Shown: positions 45,460-54,723 of the stretch, piece after piece
How positions within the stretch are numbered: position 1 is the first letter of the stretch
Layout: each line of letters begins with the position of its first letter
Assembly: GCA_028864975.1 (NCBI GenBank)
Contig: JAGWLG010000009.1
Coordinates: 32,001 to 96,000, forward strand
Direction of reading: 5' to 3'
Source: Thermoplasmata archaeon
Lineage (GTDB): Archaea > Thermoplasmatota > Thermoplasmata > Lutacidiplasmatales > UBA184
DNA: 64,000 bases
Translations under genes and position numbers: made by a program
The notes under the pieces: generated by a model
Seen by the model: only the letters and a program-made list of their open reading frames with translations
The model's database searches: none
Told to the model about the DNA's origin: nothing

Positions 45460-46938
45460 GTGGTCAGGCGAGGTCCAGGGTCGGAGGGGGACACGCTCGT
45501 CGACCACCTCGAGTCGTTCTCGCAAGAGCTCCTCCGGGAGGCCTACCTCGTCGGAGCCGGCAGGAAGGCGCGGGGCGACGAGGCCCGGATCTACCGGAGG
45601 TGGCGCACCCTCTTCCTTCCCTCGGCGTGGTCGCGTCTCCCCTCCGGCCCCCCGCGGACCCGAGCCCGCCTCGAGGAGTTCCTCAAGGTCGGCTACGTCG
45701 ACCGGGCGGTCGCCCCCTGGCAGGACCGAAGGCGCAACCGTCTCCTTCGGTCGACCGTCCTCTGGGAGGGCCGTAAGGTCCCGTTCTTCTCGGCCAGCGT
45801 TCAGCTGGCGGAGCTCCCACGTCGCGAGGATCGCCGTGCGCTCTACGGCGAGCTGGCGAAGGTGTGGCGGTCCGTGGCCGAGGAAGAAGAGGGCGTGTGG
45901 GCGACCTTCCAGGAGGGCACCCGCTCCCTAGGCTTCTCGGACGGACGCGCGGCCTCGGAAGCCCTCTTTCACTACGGCATCCCGCGCCTGCTTCGCGAGA
46001 CCCGCAGGTTCGCCTCCTCCACCCTCTCGATCTATGCTCCGTTACTTCGGGAGCGCGCGGAAGCGGAAGGGCTCGCCCCCAAGGACCTCCGAACCTACGA
46101 TGCCGGTCGGCTTCTTCGGGGGATGGGGTGGAGCGCGAGCTTCCCCAAGGACGGGCTCGTCCCCTTCCTCCGGCGGTTCCTACGGGGGACGGGCCTTCCT
46201 TGGGGGGTCTTCCGACCGGACCTCGAGGTGAGGCCACGGAAGAACCCCCGTGCCTTCTGCGCCCCCGTCCGGGTCCCCGAAGAGGTCTATCTCGTGCTCC
46301 GCCCGACCGGGGGGTACGAGGACTACCACACCGCGCTCCACGAGATGGGACACGCCCTGCATTTCGGGCTCACCGACCCCGCGCTCGACCCGGTCTTCCG
46401 TCGACTCGGGGATGCCTCGCTCACCGAGGGGTGGGCGTTCGTCCTCGACCTGCTCTTCCTCAACCCCTCGTTCGTGCGGACCTCCCTGCACGACCGCGAG
46501 TTCGTGCGGTTCGTCGCCCTGGCCCAGATCTGGATGTTGAGGAGGTACGCGGGCAAGATCGCCTACGAGTCCCGGTTCTTCCGCGACCCCACCGACCCTT
46601 CGCTACGCTCGCTCTATGTCCGGAGCCTCCAGAGGACGACCCTGGTCCGACCGGACGAAGAGGGGAGCATGGCCGATCGCTGGCGCTCCGACGTGGACCC
46701 CTGGATGTACACCGCGGCCTACCTTTGCGCGTGGATGTTCGCGGGGGCGTTCACCGAGCTCCTCGAGAGGCGATGGGGGGAGCGTTGGTGGTCGCGCCGG
46801 GAGGCGGGAGCCTTCCTGGCGAGGCTCTGGTCGCACGGTCTCCACCCCACCGTCGAGGAGCTCTCCGAGGAGTTCGGGCTGGGGGCGCTCTCCCTGCTTC
46901 CTCTCGAAAGATTGGTCCGGCGGGCGCTCGGGGACTGA
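45460..46938 (+). CDS. M3/M32-like zinc metallopeptidase
   Basis: K.PRAFCAP, LHEMGHALH (HExxH), LTEGWAF, YTAAY. Confidence 0.8.
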   Translation: MVRRGPGSEGDTLVDHLESFSQELLREAYLVGAGRKARGDEARIYRRWRTLFLPSAWSRLPSGPPRTRARLEEFLKVGYVDRAVAPWQDRRRNRLLRSTVLWEGRKVPFFSASVQLAELPRREDRRALYGELAKVWRSVAEEEEGVWATFQEGTRSLGFSDGRAASEALFHYGIPRLLRETRRFASSTLSIYAPLLRERAEAEGLAPKDLRTYDAGRLLRGMGWSASFPKDGLVPFLRRFLRGTGLPWGVFRPDLEVRPRKNPRAFCAPVRVPEEVYLVLRPTGGYEDYHTALHEMGHALHFGLTDPALDPVFRRLGDASLTEGWAFVLDLLFLNPSFVRTSLHDREFVRFVALAQIWMLRRYAGKIAYESRFFRDPTDPSLRSLYVRSLQRTTLVRPDEEGSMADRWRSDVDPWMYTAAYLCAWMFAGAFTELLERRWGERWWSRREAGAFLARLWSHGLHPTVEELSEEFGLGALSLLPLERLVRRALGD

Positions 46939-46962
46939 GGGAGGGCCTTCCTCCCCCTACCT

Positions 46963-47403
46963 CTACGATTGACCCAGCTGCTGAAGACGGGTCTGACGGG
47001 CGCTCTGGATCTGGGTCAAGGCCTGGTTCGCCGTGTTGGGGTCGTGGAAGGCGATGCTCTGGCCATTGATCACGAGGTTCGCGGGAGCTTGGCCCCCCAA
47101 ATTGCTGAAGGGATTGCCGATCGGGGAATAGTCCGAAGCAGCATTCCCCGCAGCGTTCCCTGCGGCCTGAGAGGCGGCGTTCGGGTTCCCGTCCACGACC
47201 TGGGCATCCTGGATCGCCTCGAGGTCGACCCCCCAGGAGACCTCATGATGCCCCCCCAGGCCGCCGATCCCGCCGCCCTTCATCAGGAAGCAGCGTTGGT
47301 CGGTCAGGTGGAACTCCCCGTGATGGGTCTTCCACTGACCGAGGACGTGTTCGTTCTGTCGCAGCGGCGTTGCGGGTTGGTTCTGGTGTCCGAAGAGCGG
47401 CAC
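46963..47403 (-). CDS. Hypothetical protein with PH-like domain
   Basis: GEFHLTDQRCF motif typical of bacterial PH-like domains; Asn/Gln/Ala-rich insert; more AT-rich codons than neighbours. Confidence 0.55.
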   Translation of the reverse strand: MPLFGHQNQPATPLRQNEHVLGQWKTHHGEFHLTDQRCFLMKGGGIGGLGGHHEVSWGVDLEAIQDAQVVDGNPNAASQAAGNAAGNAASDYSPIGNPFSNLGGQAPANLVINGQSIAFHDPNTANQALTQIQSARQTRLQQLGQS

Positions 47404-47484
47404 GCGACCACCGCCCTAGGTAAGGAGGTCCCCCCTGATGTTCTTGCCGATGCCGCCGGGCCGAGGGGGGCCGCGCCTCCCCCA

Positions 47485-48577
47485 TGCTCTGTTGAATGAA
47501 TAGGGGGGAGGAGTCCCTCCAGCGATGCCGCTCGGCTTGGGCTACTCGATCCGGTATCCCTGGCCCTCGCCGTACTCCCGCAGCTCGTCGTAGGCCCACG
47601 CCCTCTGGTAGCCTTCCGCCACCAGTCCCGTAGGGGAGCGCGAGAGCACGTTCTCGCCGAACTTCCGCTTCATCGCCGAGAAGATCCCCTCCGTCCCCGG
47701 CCAGCGCATGCCGTACCCCTTCTGCGCTGCCCAGTCCCTGTATCCGAGCGCCCCGTACTCCCGAATCGCCCGACGCCGATGCTTGGCTCCGGGCGGGCGG
47801 CGTTTCGGACACGACTCCGAGTTCCGGGCGATCTTGATCACCGGCTCGGTCCCGGTTTCGTGGAGGGCCGTGAACATGTCGTAGGAGTCGAACGCCCCGT
47901 CCCCGTAGAACTTCCCTACACGGTATCCTCGTCGCGTCGCCTCCCGGACGTGGGTCGCGGCCGTCCCGGCCTCCGAATGACCCTTCCCCTCGATGTGGAC
48001 CTCGATCCCGATCACCTTCTTGCGTCGCACGTCCGCCGTGATCACCACCACCAAGTGCTTCCTCTGCCGAGCCTCCGGGTCCCCGTAGCGGAAGATCCGG
48101 TACTCCCCGGCGTTGGTGGTCTTCAGGCCGGTCCCATCCGAAGCCACCTCCAGGTCCTTGTAGGCCGGCATCCGAATCTCTGGGGTCAAGGCGTGGAGAC
48201 GGTGCCAGAGGGTGGTGTAGTCCGGGGCGGTGGGGATGATCCCCAGCTTGACCATCCTCCGGGTGATCCCCTCGAGGCCCCGGTAGTCCACCAGCTGCTT
48301 CCAGATGACCAGCCACCGGACGAACGACTCGGGGACCTGGTACTGCCCCCCTCGTTTGCCCCGATTCATGGAGGCGAGCTCCTTGTCCCAGTGTCGAAGA
48401 GGGCGGAGGTCTAGGTAGAACTCGCCTCGGAGGACGAGGGATTCGTTGTAGGCGGGCCAGTCGCGGTGGTCCTGGTAGGGCTTGCCCCATCGGGCGGACA
48501 TCCTCCCGGGGTGGGGGATCAGGGGGTCGTTCCCTTCGCTCCAGTCGAACCGGGGTTAGGGTTCATTCAACACAGCA
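47485..48577 (-). mobile_element. IS5-family (IS903-like) insertion sequence, 1093 bp
   Basis: TIRs TGCTCTGTTGAATGAA (47485-47500) and TTCATTCAACACAGCA (48562-48577), 15/16 match; 9-bp target duplication CCTCCCCCA at 47476-47484 and 48578-48586. Confidence 0.96.
47542..48501 (-). CDS. tnp: IS5-family DDE transposase (intact, 319 aa)
   Basis: RDWPAYNESL..RGE N-terminus, PDYTTL, DGTGLK (D), GDGAFD (D), TEGIFSAMKRKFG (E). Confidence 0.95.
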   Translation of the reverse strand: MSARWGKPYQDHRDWPAYNESLVLRGEFYLDLRPLRHWDKELASMNRGKRGGQYQVPESFVRWLVIWKQLVDYRGLEGITRRMVKLGIIPTAPDYTTLWHRLHALTPEIRMPAYKDLEVASDGTGLKTTNAGEYRIFRYGDPEARQRKHLVVVITADVRRKKVIGIEVHIEGKGHSEAGTAATHVREATRRGYRVGKFYGDGAFDSYDMFTALHETGTEPVIKIARNSESCPKRRPPGAKHRRRAIREYGALGYRDWAAQKGYGMRWPGTEGIFSAMKRKFGENVLSRSPTGLVAEGYQRAWAYDELREYGEGQGYRIE

Positions 48578-48661
48578 CCTCCCCCACCAGGCATCATATA
48601 GGCCGAAGAACCCCCCTCGACACCGGGTGGTGCCGGACCGCCCGGGGAGCGTGATCGTCCC

Positions 48662-49951
48662 GTGGGAAAGGCCTCGGTCCAGGCGGAGTGGCAACCGCTT
48701 CGACGCGTCGTCGTCCGCCGCCCTGGGATGGAGACGTTCTTCGGCCTCCTAGAACCCTTCTCCTCCCTCTACGAGCGCGTCTTCTCCTTGGAAAAGGCGC
48801 GCCGGGAGCACGACGAGCTCGTCGAGACCCTCCGGCGCGGCTTCGGGGTCCACGTGCAGTACCTCGACGAGATCCTTCTGGAGGCGGCGGGGAGGGACCC
48901 CGAGTTCTACAAGGAGCTGGTCGACCGCGCCATGTCCACGATGCAGTTCGCCGGCGCGGGGGCGCGGCGGGCGCGCCGGGAGTTCGCGCTGAATCTCCAG
49001 CTCCTCGACCGGGAGCAGTTGATCCAGGTCCTCGCCCTCGCCCCGATGATCACCTTCGTGAAGAAGAAGGGCGCGCGCAGCATCCTCCCGTTCACCACGC
49101 TGCGCGTCCCGCTCACGAACCTCTTCTTCATGCGCGACCAGCAGGCCGTCGGGGACCGCGGGATCATCCTCGCGCGCTTGGCGAAACCCCAACGGCGGCG
49201 CGAGACGGAGATCACCTCCTTCGCTTGGCAGGCGCTCGGAGAGCCCCCGGTCCTCTCGATCCGTCGTGGGACCTTCGAGGGGGGTGACTTCCTCCCCGCG
49301 GGGGACTTCGCGCTGCTCGGGACGGGGGACCGCACTTCCCCGGCCGCGATCCAGGAGATCTTGTCCGCGGGGGTGGGGTTTGTCGAGGTGGGCGTGGTCC
49401 ACCAACCCCGCCACCCGCTCCTAGACGCGCCCGATCCGATGGTCAACATGCACCTCGACACGTACATGAACTTCGCCGGGGAGCGCGTCGCGGTCGGCTA
49501 CCCGGACATGCTTCGGGCCGCTCGCGTCGAGGTCTACCGACGGAGCGATGGAGGGCGATACCGCCTCGTCCGCAGCACCCGCCTCCTCCGCTACCTCGAG
49601 GTCGACCACCGGTTCCAGGTTGTGCCGATCACGACCTTGGAGCAGCTCTGCTACGCGACGAACTTCCTCACCGTCCGCAACCGTCGGATCCTGGTCCCCG
49701 ACGTCGCTCGCAACGCCGAGAAGGTGCTGGCGAACCTTCGCAGGGCGGCGGAAGCGAACCCGGCCAAGTACCATCGACTGTACCTTCGCGCGAGCGTCGA
49801 CTTCGGAGAGCTCCGGAGCACGGGGAGCTTCTTCCCGCACAAGCCGCTCGCCAAGGAGGTCGGGATTGAGGCCACCCAGGTTCCTCTCGCGAACCTGACC
49901 GGGGCCTTCGGCGGCGCTCACTGCCTGACCTGCGTTCTGGAGCGCAGCTGA
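48662..49951 (+). CDS. arcA: Arginine deiminase family protein
   Basis: NLFFMRDQ, FEGGDF, MHLDT, FGGAHCLT catalytic motifs. Confidence 0.88.
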   Translation: MGKASVQAEWQPLRRVVVRRPGMETFFGLLEPFSSLYERVFSLEKARREHDELVETLRRGFGVHVQYLDEILLEAAGRDPEFYKELVDRAMSTMQFAGAGARRARREFALNLQLLDREQLIQVLALAPMITFVKKKGARSILPFTTLRVPLTNLFFMRDQQAVGDRGIILARLAKPQRRRETEITSFAWQALGEPPVLSIRRGTFEGGDFLPAGDFALLGTGDRTSPAAIQEILSAGVGFVEVGVVHQPRHPLLDAPDPMVNMHLDTYMNFAGERVAVGYPDMLRAARVEVYRRSDGGRYRLVRSTRLLRYLEVDHRFQVVPITTLEQLCYATNFLTVRNRRILVPDVARNAEKVLANLRRAAEANPAKYHRLYLRASVDFGELRSTGSFFPHKPLAKEVGIEATQVPLANLTGAFGGAHCLTCVLERS

Positions 49952-50173
49952 CCTAGCGCCCCTCCACCGTGGTCCCCCTCGAAGCTTGATGTGGGTCCGC
50001 GGGATGACCCGTTCGGCCTTTGGCCAGGAGGTCTCCGGAAATGGTCGCATCTCTCGGATCTGTCGCGCCCCCGGAGACCCTGTAGACCCTCGCGTCCGCA
50101 CGGCCCTCGGTGGCCGGGGGTCCGTTGAACATGGACGAACTTCCGGAGCTTCTTGGGTCGTGGGCCGGCCAAC

Positions 50174-50914
50174 ATGCCCAACACACCGTACCTGGACAAG
50201 AGCGTCCGCTGGCGACTGAACACCGGGAACCTCGCCTTCCACGAGCTCCGCTACCGAGAGGTCGCGGACGCCATCCTGGACGCGGGGCTCGCCACGGAGG
50301 TGATCTCGAAGATCGGCTCCGGGAAGGAGGCCGACGTCTACCTGGGCCTCCTTCATTCCCGGAGGGTCGCGATCAAAGCCTACCGGTACTACCGCACTTC
50401 GCACCGAGGTCTGCGGCCGGTCAAGGCCGAGGAGCTAGGCCAGGTCGCCTCGCGGGAGTTCGAGCTCCTCTCCTACGCGTTCGTGGGGGGCGCCCCGGTC
50501 CCCGAGCCCATCGAACGGGACGAGTACATGCTCTCGATGGCCTTCTTGGGAACGGCCGACGGCCCCGCCCCCCGCCTCAAGGATGTGCGACTGGAGGAGC
50601 CCGGGCCCTTCCTCGACGAGGTTCTCGAGGGCGTGGAACGCCTGTCGAAGGCCGGGTTGGTGCACACTGACCTCTCCCCGTTCAACATCCTCGTGCACGA
50701 CGGCCATCCCTGGGTCATCGACTTCGCGGATGCTCTGCGGGTCGATCGATTGGGCTCCTCCCCCTGGGAACGGTTGACGCTCGCCCGGACCGCCCTGACG
50801 AACGGCCTGGGGTCGCTGCGCAAGTACTTCCGGCGTTATGGTCTGGACTTTGAAGAAGCCCCGCGGGTGGACCGCATCATGGAACGGCTGGACCGCTTCG
50901 GGTTGATGCGATGA
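50174..50914 (+). CDS. rio1: RIO1-family atypical kinase/ATPase
   Basis: Start re-called to ATG 50174; IGSGKEADVY, VAIK, VHTDLSPFNIL, VIDFADA. Confidence 0.9.
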   Translation: MPNTPYLDKSVRWRLNTGNLAFHELRYREVADAILDAGLATEVISKIGSGKEADVYLGLLHSRRVAIKAYRYYRTSHRGLRPVKAEELGQVASREFELLSYAFVGGAPVPEPIERDEYMLSMAFLGTADGPAPRLKDVRLEEPGPFLDEVLEGVERLSKAGLVHTDLSPFNILVHDGHPWVIDFADALRVDRLGSSPWERLTLARTALTNGLGSLRKYFRRYGLDFEEAPRVDRIMERLDRFGLMR

Positions 50915-51705
50915 AGTACCCGGCTTCCTCTCGATCACGCTCGAGGGCCCCAGCCTTCTTCCTCCTCCTGCGCGGTCCGCTCGGGGTGGGGAAGTCCACC
51001 GTCGCGCGGGCGCTCTCCCGCAAGCTAGCGGCGAAGGTCGTTTCGATGGACCGTGTGGTCGACCGATGGGCCTGGGACGGGGGTTCGGAGAGGCTCTTCC
51101 TCCGGGCCAACGTGGTGGCCGCGGAGATCGCCCGTCCCTCGCTCGAAAGGGCCGTTCCGGTGATCTTCGACGGTTGCTTCTACTGGAGGAAGGTGATCGA
51201 GGACCTGCGGGCCCGCCTTCCGTACCCCTCGAGGGTGGTGACCCTCCGCGCCCCCCTCGCGGTCTGCATCGAGCGCGACAGCGAGCGGAGGACCTCCTAC
51301 GGCGAGGGGAGTGCGCGCGCGGTCTACCGGAAGGTGCGGCGAGAACGGGTCGGGACGAGCGTGGATGCCTCGGGGGACCTCACAAGCACGGTAGAAGCCG
51401 TTCTCGCCCTCCTCAACGGGAGGGGACGATCGGGTGACGACGCTCGAGCTCCAGCAACTCGGGAGGGGTCAGGTCCAGGCATCCGACGAGCCGAACCACG
51501 ACGGAAGGTCCAGGCCTCCGTCCCGACGAAGGACGCCGGCCCAGGCGCGACTCGAGCGCCCCCAGGAGCGAGTGCTTCTCGGCGGGGGAGAGGTGATGGA
51601 GGGGCGCGAGGCTCCTCTGCTTCACCGCGAGCTCCACACCGCGCGCCAGGTCCTGGCGATGGGCGTGCTCGAGCTCGGGGAGGAGCTCACGCTGGAGATA
51701 GTTGA
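50911..51705 (+). CDS. P-loop small-molecule/nucleotide kinase (AAA_33-like)
   Basis: LRGPLGVGKST, VIFDG, L.APL.VC..RD..R; ATGA overlap with rio1; last about 90 aa are low complexity and overlap an opposite ORF. Confidence 0.8.
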   Translation: MKYPASSRSRSRAPAFFLLLRGPLGVGKSTVARALSRKLAAKVVSMDRVVDRWAWDGGSERLFLRANVVAAEIARPSLERAVPVIFDGCFYWRKVIEDLRARLPYPSRVVTLRAPLAVCIERDSERRTSYGEGSARAVYRKVRRERVGTSVDASGDLTSTVEAVLALLNGRGRSGDDARAPATREGSGPGIRRAEPRRKVQASVPTKDAGPGATRAPPGASASRRGRGDGGARGSSASPRAPHRAPGPGDGRARARGGAHAGDS

Positions 51706-51790
51706 TCGCCTCACGCTCGGGAAGGTTCGACGGCACGGAGGGCGTGCGAGCACGGGAGGCCGCTTCCTGCGGCGTAGGCGGGTTGCCCAT
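51413..51790 (-). CDS. Hypothetical helical protein
   Basis: 125 aa; TATA-like CTTAAGTA about 50 nt upstream; protein-like composition. Confidence 0.45.
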   Translation of the reverse strand: MGNPPTPQEAASRARTPSVPSNLPEREAINYLQRELLPELEHAHRQDLARGVELAVKQRSLAPLHHLSPAEKHSLLGALESRLGRRPSSGRRPGPSVVVRLVGCLDLTPPELLELERRHPIVPSR

Positions 51791-51866
51791 CTTGGTGCTG
51801 GGGACCGAGGTCCTCGTACGAACGAGCGGGGCGTCGGTACTTAAGCGGCGAGTCGCCAGGGTGACA

Positions 51867-53684
51867 TCACGCGGCGGCGGCGACGCCCGGGGAGCCCGGA
51901 GGCATCGGCGCCTGGGGCCCGGAGGTCTTCACGCCCGCCTTGGCCATGTCTTCGCGGCACTCCGTCAGGCACCCCGCGGGCTCCTTGTAGTAGAAGGCGA
52001 CCAGGCGGCCCACGTCGCGGTGCGTGAAGGGCTTCTGACGCGTCGCTTGAGCCTCCTTCCAGCGCATGAACTCCAGGACCTCGACGCGCCGGCGGACCTC
52101 GCGCTCCATCTCCTTCATCGTCCAGTTCTTGAGCACGGCGACCTGCTCGTAGACGTAGGAGTGCCCGCTGTAGAGGAAGGTGTCGTCCGGGGCGTTCCAG
52201 GTGTAGACGGCGTTCGTGATCAGCTCGTTGGTCTCGGGGTCCAGACCCACGATCTCGGTCAGGCTCTGGACGCGCCGGGTCATCTTCGTCCCCACCTTCA
52301 CCTGCTTCTGGAGCAGGACCAGGTGGAGCGCGGCGACGAGCGAGCGGGGGAGCGAGATGGGGGGGTTCTCCATCCGGTGGACCATCGCCGAGACGGATTC
52401 CGCGTGGAAGGTCGTGTAGCATGTCTTCCCCGTGGCCATCGCCTGGAAGACGATGAACGCCTCCGCGCCACGCACCTCTCCGACCATCAGGTACTGCGGG
52501 CGTTGGCGTAGCGCCGCCGCGAGCAGGTCGAACATGTCGATCTCTCCCGGGGCCTTTCCCGTGAGCACGTTCTTCATCCCGAACCCGCTGCGCGTGAGCG
52601 ACGGGATCCAGTTCTCGTGCGGGAGGTTGAGCTCGCGCGTGTCCTCGATGGAGACGATCTTCATCTGGGGGGGGATGAACAGCAGCACGGCGTTGAGCGT
52701 CGTGGTCTTCCCCGAGGCCGTCCCTCCGCAGACCATCATCGAGCGGCCGTTCTCGATGGCCACCCAGAGGTAGGCCATCATCTCGGTGCTCATCGTCTTG
52801 AACTTCATCAGGTCGACCGGGGTGAACGGGTTGTCCCGGAACCGCCGGATGGTGAAGGTCGACCCCTTCTTCGTCACGTAGATCCCGAGCGTCGCCTGGA
52901 GACGGCTGCCGTCCGGTACCGTCGCATCCAGGACCGGGCTCGCGACGGAGATGTGCTTCCCCGAGCGCTGCGCGAGCCACACGACGAAGGCGTCCAGCTC
53001 CTGCTCGTTCGTGAACTTCATGTTCGAGCGGATCGACTGGTGCTTGCGGTGGTAGATGTAGATCGGAACGCCCACCCCGTCGCACGAGATGTCCTCGACC
53101 TCCGTGTCGGTCATCGGCGCGTCCACGATCCCGTAACCGATGAAGTCCCGTTCGAGGTAGTAGAGGACCCGGCCCTTGGTGACGGGGGCGGGGGAGAGGT
53201 CCCACTCCCGCAGCATGTTGTCGACCATTCGGCGCATCTCCCGGCGCTTCGTGATCGGATCGACCTCGGGGAGAGGCTGGAAGCGGTCGATGAGCGCCAC
53301 CTTGAGCCGCGTTAGGAGCTCCTCCTCCAGCGGCGAGAGGGGGGGCTCGATGACCTCGTACATGTATTCGTTGCGAGCGTTGTTGAACGTGATCCGGACG
53401 TAGGCGTAGGGCTCGCGGATCGGATAGGTCTCGATCTCCGTGGTGTCCGCGTCCGGTAGCCCGGGCTTGGGCGTGGGGACCGACCCGCTCGTGGCGTAGG
53501 TGAGCTGGGCCATCTTCACCTGCCGGGGGAAGGTCTTGTCGCCCCGGTTGAGCGTGGCCGAGACCTTGAGGTGGAAGGGGAAGAAGATCTTCTTTCGGCG
53601 CTCCACCGTCGGCACCGCGGGACCGCGATGCGCGGCGGGAGCACCACCACGCCTCTTCGAGGTCTTCTGGAGGTTCGTGCTCAT
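51867..53684 (-). CDS. Type II/IV secretion (archaeal pilus) ATPase 2
   Basis: EDISCDG, FTIRRF, GGTASGKTT, SIEDTREL, RQRP.Y..VGEVRG.E, MATG....TFHA. Confidence 0.94.
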   Translation of the reverse strand: MSTNLQKTSKRRGGAPAAHRGPAVPTVERRKKIFFPFHLKVSATLNRGDKTFPRQVKMAQLTYATSGSVPTPKPGLPDADTTEIETYPIREPYAYVRITFNNARNEYMYEVIEPPLSPLEEELLTRLKVALIDRFQPLPEVDPITKRREMRRMVDNMLREWDLSPAPVTKGRVLYYLERDFIGYGIVDAPMTDTEVEDISCDGVGVPIYIYHRKHQSIRSNMKFTNEQELDAFVVWLAQRSGKHISVASPVLDATVPDGSRLQATLGIYVTKKGSTFTIRRFRDNPFTPVDLMKFKTMSTEMMAYLWVAIENGRSMMVCGGTASGKTTTLNAVLLFIPPQMKIVSIEDTRELNLPHENWIPSLTRSGFGMKNVLTGKAPGEIDMFDLLAAALRQRPQYLMVGEVRGAEAFIVFQAMATGKTCYTTFHAESVSAMVHRMENPPISLPRSLVAALHLVLLQKQVKVGTKMTRRVQSLTEIVGLDPETNELITNAVYTWNAPDDTFLYSGHSYVYEQVAVLKNWTMKEMEREVRRRVEVLEFMRWKEAQATRQKPFTHRDVGRLVAFYYKEPAGCLTECREDMAKAGVKTSGPQAPMPPGSPGVAAAA

Positions 53685-53687
53685 CGC

Positions 53688-54722
53688 TCAGCCTCCTGGG
53701 AGCACCACCGGCGGGACAATGAACCGCATGATGAACCAGCCGACGGCGAGCATGACGCCGCCGTGCAGCATCCCCTCCGAGAGGCGTCCGGAGTGGATGA
53801 CGCCCGCCATCATCCCGTCGCCCACCGCGTGGACGATGACGGCCGCGAGGAAGGCCAGGAAGACCGCCGGGATGAACGCGATGGAGATCCCCACTCCGCC
53901 GTTCCCCGCCGCGCTCGCGGCGGAGGACTGGAGCCCGGCTCCCGCCGTGACCATCTGGGGAAGGAACGTGACCGCCATGATGATGATCGTCACGAGGAAG
54001 ACGAAGAACGAGATGTAGATCACCGTGAGGTAGGTGAGCATCGTGATCTTCCGCTGCTCCTCGTTGAGCTGGGTCTCGCGCGTGTCGTGTGCGACCATGG
54101 TGAGGACGTCCGCGACGTTCCCCCCGGCCTCGTTCGCCTTGATGATGATCGAGACCACGCGGCGGGTCAGCGGGGTGTCGATCCGCTCCTGGAAGAGGGT
54201 GAGCGCGTGGGCCACCGGGACGCCCCACTCGAGCTGGCTCGCCATCCGCTTGATCTCCTCTGTGAGCCGGCCGTAGCGCCCCTTGCTCGCAACGATGATG
54301 GCCTCGGGAAGCGTCATGCCGAAGCGACCGGCCTCCGCGACATCGCGCAGGAAGTCCGGAAGACGGGACTCGATGTTGTCGATCATCGTCGCTTGACGGT
54401 AGGCGACGATCCCGTAGGGGAAGAGCACCGCGAGGCCCCCGATCACGGCCCAGTCGACCAGGGCGTTGGTATGGAACGACGCGTTCGCCTGGTCCTCCCC
54501 GGCCCGGAGGGTGAGGGCTCCGGTGGTCCCGGCGATGATCCCGATGACGATGCAGACGACCATCACGGCCAGGCCAATGTAGAAGATGTAGATCGTGCGG
54601 AATCCCGCCTTCTTCGTTCGGGTGGCGGTCGCGATCACCGGGACCACGGACCCGGCGGACTTCGAGACCTTGGGCTTGCCGACCCCGCCCGGGGCCTGGA
54701 TCTTCACGTTCGCTGTCGCCAT
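53688..54722 (-). CDS. TadC/FlaJ-like pilus membrane platform protein
   Basis: IE.RLPDFLRDVAE..R.G..L..A, YG.L..EI; several TM helices. Confidence 0.9.
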   Translation of the reverse strand: MATANVKIQAPGGVGKPKVSKSAGSVVPVIATATRTKKAGFRTIYIFYIGLAVMVVCIVIGIIAGTTGALTLRAGEDQANASFHTNALVDWAVIGGLAVLFPYGIVAYRQATMIDNIESRLPDFLRDVAEAGRFGMTLPEAIIVASKGRYGRLTEEIKRMASQLEWGVPVAHALTLFQERIDTPLTRRVVSIIIKANEAGGNVADVLTMVAHDTRETQLNEEQRKITMLTYLTVIYISFFVFLVTIIIMAVTFLPQMVTAGAGLQSSAASAAGNGGVGISIAFIPAVFLAFLAAVIVHAVGDGMMAGVIHSGRLSEGMLHGGVMLAVGWFIMRFIVPPVVLPGG

Positions 54723-54723
54723 G

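Noticed and set aside
48662-49951. Complete arginine deiminase pathway cluster
   Set aside because: No ornithine carbamoyltransferase, carbamate kinase or antiporter gene in the window; they may lie elsewhere
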